Assembly (NCBI RefSeq): GCF_963921235.1 | Contig: NC_086097.1 | Location: forward strand, 3,658,001-3,722,000 | Length of the DNA stretch: 64,000 bases | Reading direction: 5' to 3' | Origin: Mobula hypostoma | Lineage: Eukaryota | Part shown: piece after piece, positions 59,961-64,000 of the stretch | Layout: every line of letters begins with the position of its first letter | How positions within the stretch are numbered: the first letter of the stretch is position 1 | Position numbers and translations under genes: made by a program | Notes under the pieces: generated by a model | Databases searched by the model: none | The model's input: only the letters and a program-made list of their open reading frames with translations | Told to the model about the DNA's origin: nothing

Positions 59961-61054
59961 AGAAGGATAACTGTGGAAATCCCAAGGAATAAGATGTGGC
60001 ATAAAATGGACAATATATTTTTTAAATTCTCCTGGCATGTGTCACGAAAGGAGATGATAACTTGGAAGCAGGGTAGGGAAGCGAGAATGGGAAGGAGGGG
60101 TGGCAGAGTGGGAGGTGGGAGGCCTTGAGGAATACAGACCTGAAATTAATTGCAGGAACACCTCAGTTAGCACCACACTCACAGCTCGGAGCATTCTCGA
60201 GTTCAGAGTTCAGTGCTGGCACTGTCCGTAAGGAGTTTGTACGTGAGCGTGTGGGTTTCCTCTGGGTGTCCTGGTCTCCTCCCACAGTCCAAAGACCTAC
60301 AGGTTAGTAGGTTAGTTGGTCATTGAAAATTGTTCTGTGATCAGGCTTGGGTTAAATCGGTGGATTGTTGGGTCAGAAGGGCCTGTTCTGTGCTTTATCG
60401 TTAAATAATTAATAAATTAATAAAATAAAGAAACAGACAGTTACTTGAAAAAGAGGACTGATTAATAAACATCAAGAGATCAGACAGAAAACATGCAAGA
60501 TTGTGAGGTTTGGGAGGTAGTGTCTGATGGAATGGGTCAAATGCTCCGTATAATGCAACATTCTCTATTTGATGATATTAGGAGGCCAGTTTTGTTTTTT
60601 TATACAGAAATAATGTGATTTTTTAAAGAATCTAACAACGAGCAACAGTTTTCCCACAGCTGAAAATCTCTTTTGATGATGAATTATGACAGACACAAAC
60701 TTAGTTCAAATACATACTTTTTATTTTAACCACTGTCAGAATTACAATGTTCCTGTTAAATTTCGAGTAGAAAAAAAAGCACAGAAACATTCCAGTGCAT
60801 TAAACTATAACAATGTTCTGTAACCCTGCAATTTACCTGCAGTTCCGAACACTGTTTGAAAATATTACCTATCATCACTGGATCCCAGTGTTTTGTACAG
60901 CCAAATAATACAGAGGTTGATGGTTTCCTTGTGACACATGTTATACACTGCCTTATCAATGTGGTTCTGGATAAGTCTGAGTGTAAAATTGTCAAAGATA
61001 CCAACTGGTATCAGACCAAATTGTTAACCAGTATGTATAGACAATGTATAAACC

Positions 61055-61750
61055 ATGAGACCATAAGACCATAAGATATAGGAGCAAAATTAGGCCATTT
61101 GGTCCATTGTCTCTGTTCTGCCATTTCATCATGGCTGATCCAATTTTCTTCTAGTCCCCAATTTCCTGCCTTCTCCCTGTATTCCTTCATGCCCTGACCA
61201 ATCAAGAATCTATCAACCTCTTCCTTAAATATACATAAAGACTTGGCCTCCACAGCTGCCTGTGGCAAAGAATTCCACAGATTCCTGTGGCAAAGAATTC
61301 CACAGATTCACCACTCTCTGGCTAAAGAAATTCCTCCTCATTTCCATTCTAAAAGGACACCCCTCTATTCTGGGGCTGTCTCCTCTGGATTTAGACTCCC
61401 CCACCATAGAAAACATCCTCTCAAATCCACTCTTTCGATGCCTTTCAACATTTGATAGGTTTTAATGAGGTCATCCCTCATTCTTCTGAATTCTAGTGAA
61501 TACAGGCCCAGAGCAATCAGACGCTCTTCATATGACAAGACGTTCAATCCTGGCATCATATTCTTGAATCTCTTTTGAATCCTCTCCAGTTTCAGCACAT
61601 CCTTTCTGAGATAAGAGGCCCAAACCTGCTCACAGTACTCTGCGAGGCCTCACCAGTACTTCATAAAGTTCCAACATTACATCTTTGCTTTTATATTCTA
61701 GTTCTCTTGCATTTGCCTTCTTCACCACAGACTCAACCTGCAAATTAACA
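61055..61750 (-). mobile_element. CR1 3' fragment
   Basis: LGLYSLEFRRMR and NFFSQRVVNLWNSLP. Internal 25-bp tandem duplication at about 61259-61308. Confidence 0.85.
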
Positions 61751-62673
61751 CAGCAAACCACAGCAATTTACTTAGAAAACCAAGTCTACCAAATGGGCAG
61801 AAATAAAACAGAAACCACAGCAGCTTCTCCCAATAAAAGCAGGATAATATTTCCAGAAAAAGGCAGAAAGATACTAAAGTTACATGAAAATTATATGCAT
61901 CAAATCAATTACTTATAGTTGTCTTATTACAAAATTTGAGAATTGTTCTTCCCTCAGGCTGTGAGATTAATGAATACCTTGCCACCACCGAGGTCTTGTT
62001 ACTAGGAGGGCGACCTGTTTACTGCACAGTTTACTGTTTACCTGTGCTGTGCACACTACATGCATTTTGAAATATATTTTATTAACTTACTTGTGGTAAT
62101 ATTTTGTTTTATGTGCTGTGTGAGATATATATTGTGTGGTGCACCCTGGTCTGGAGGAACGTTGTTTTGTTTGGTTCTATATATGTACAGTCAGATGACA
62201 ATAAAGTTAAACTTGGACTGGAATTACTGTATTAGAGTTATAGATAAGTACAGCACAGAAACTGGCCTTTCAGCCCATCTAGTCCGTGCCAAACCATTTA
62301 AACTGCCTACTCCCATTGACCTACATCATGACCATAGCTCTCCATAACCCTCCCGTCCATATACTTATCCAAACTTCTCTGAAATGTTGAAATTGAGTTT
62401 GCATACACCACTTGTGCAGGCAGATGTTCAGAATGGAGAAGACTCCCCTCCTGTTCCCCTTAAGCACTTCACCTTTCACCCTTAACCCATGACCTGTAGG
62501 TATATTGTATCAGCTCTGGTGGCTAGAAGGCTGGTGCTGTATTCAACTCTTTAGCTTTCCTCCTATTCACTGTGAAATAGAATCATTGATCCTACAGACT
62601 CCCTGATCCATGAATTACTGCAATTGTCGTTAAAATACACCAGGTGTATTTGGGGAGATCTGATAGAGGTTTA

Positions 62674-63055
62674 TGTGTGGTGGGGTGAAGATATATCTCT
62701 ACCAAAGGAGGAGGAAGACACTCCTTCCCTCTGTTAGCCTGCAAGTCACCCTTGGGCAAGGTGTGGTGCCTGGTGAGACGCCTGATCCGGATCACGTGAA
62801 GCCATGGGAGCAGGTGGTGGATGGTCGTGTGAGCAGCTGGTGCACATCACAAGTCCTGGTTATGCGGCCACTGACACAGGGTAGACAATCTCTGAAGAGT
62901 ATTGATAATAGCTTGTGTCACCTGTCTTGTAAAGGCACTGCCCAGAGAAGGAAATGGCAAACAACTTCTGTAGAAAAATTTGCCAAGAATAATCATGGCC
63001 ATGGAAAGTCCCTGATCACCCACGTCACACGACACTGTGCATAATGATGATGGCC
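62674..63055 (+). mobile_element. RTE/BovB-tail SINE nested in a CR1 3' fragment (about 62645-63420)
   Basis: GAGAAGGAAATGGCAAACAACTTCTGTA...TTTGCC...GTCACACGACAC resembles the BovB/ART2A-type 3' end. (TGA)n tail. TSD AGGTTTA at 62667-62673 and 63056-63062. Confidence 0.6.
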
Positions 63056-64000
63056 AGGTTTACCACATTATGAGAGGTATAGACCGAGTACACAGACAAT
63101 ACCTTTCTCTCAATGTTGGATTGTCTAATACCAGAGGACATGCGTTTAAGGTGAGAGGGAGTAATTTTAAAGGAGGTGTGAGGGGCAAATTTTTTTTCAC
63201 ACAGAGAGTGGTGGGTGCCTGGAATGAACTGCCTGGGCTGGAGGTAGAGGCAGATACACCAGGCACTTTTCAGGGATGTTTAAATAAACACATGAATTAC
63301 AGTTATGGAGCAACTGTAACGAAAACCAATTTCCCCCGGGATCAATAAAGTATGACTATGACTATGACTATGAATGTGAGGAAAATGGAAGATGTGGACA
63401 TTGCGTAGACAGAAGACCTACATTAGGCATAATTGGACGCCACAGTAGTGTAGCGGTTAGCGCAACACTATTACAGCTTGGGGCAATGGAGTTCAGAGTT
63501 CAATTCCAAAGTTATCTGTAAGAGTCCTTCCTGTGGAATGCGTGGGTTTTCTCTGGGTGCTCTGGTTTCCTCCCACAGTCCAAAGAAATACCAGATAGTC
63601 GGTTAATTGTTCTAAAATTTCAAAGTTCAAAGTACACTTATTATGAAAGTACACCTGCAGTATGCAACTCTGAGATTTGTCTTCCCACAGACAGCCACGA
63701 AACAAAAAAACACCGTGGAACTTGTTCAAAGAAATCATCAAACACCCAACACGCAAAATAGAACAAGTTGTGCAAATGACAAAAAAATGAATGAATAACA
63801 CAAAATATAAAATATTGTAAATTGTAAATTGTCTCGCACTTAGGCTAGTGTTAAGTTAGGAAGTTGCTCGGCAGTGTGGCTCAAAGGGCCAGAAAGACCA
63901 GGTCCATGGTGTATTTATAAATAAATAAAAGATAAATAAGGGAGCAGTTTATCAAATAGCTCGTTAATTTGGTTTAGCACAATACTGTGACCAAAGGATC

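Noticed and set aside
1..64000. Exons of the expected neighbours PRIMA1 or ASB2
   Set aside because: No proline-rich PRIMA1 segment, ankyrin repeat or SOCS box was recognised. Small exons could have been missed by eye.

Overview
Eukaryotic, repeat-dominated vertebrate genomic DNA. It is most likely from a cartilaginous fish, inferred from the HE1/V-SINE-like SINEs and the dense CR1, Rex1 and Penelope content. The only clear host gene is FAM181A: a single coding exon at 44600-45463 (+), 287 aa, with the TEAD-binding PMRKRQLPASFWEEP motif, a putative RFX/NF-Y promoter and a putative non-coding first exon. The rest is nested retroelements. These include many CR1 LINEs (one young insertion keeps an uninterrupted APE+RT ORF2), Rex1/Babar, L2, R4/Dong-like and RTE/BovB-related pieces, a solo LTR, tRNA-derived SINEs and two minisatellites. 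The most notable pattern is a family of about 12 Penelope-derived elements that carry minimal hammerhead ribozyme cores. Two copies have intact cores, and several are fold-back (palindromic) insertions with 10-13 bp target-site duplications (TSDs). Most short ORFs in the track are retroelement fragments or their antisense shadows. Boundaries of degenerate repeats are approximate, and no database searches were run.
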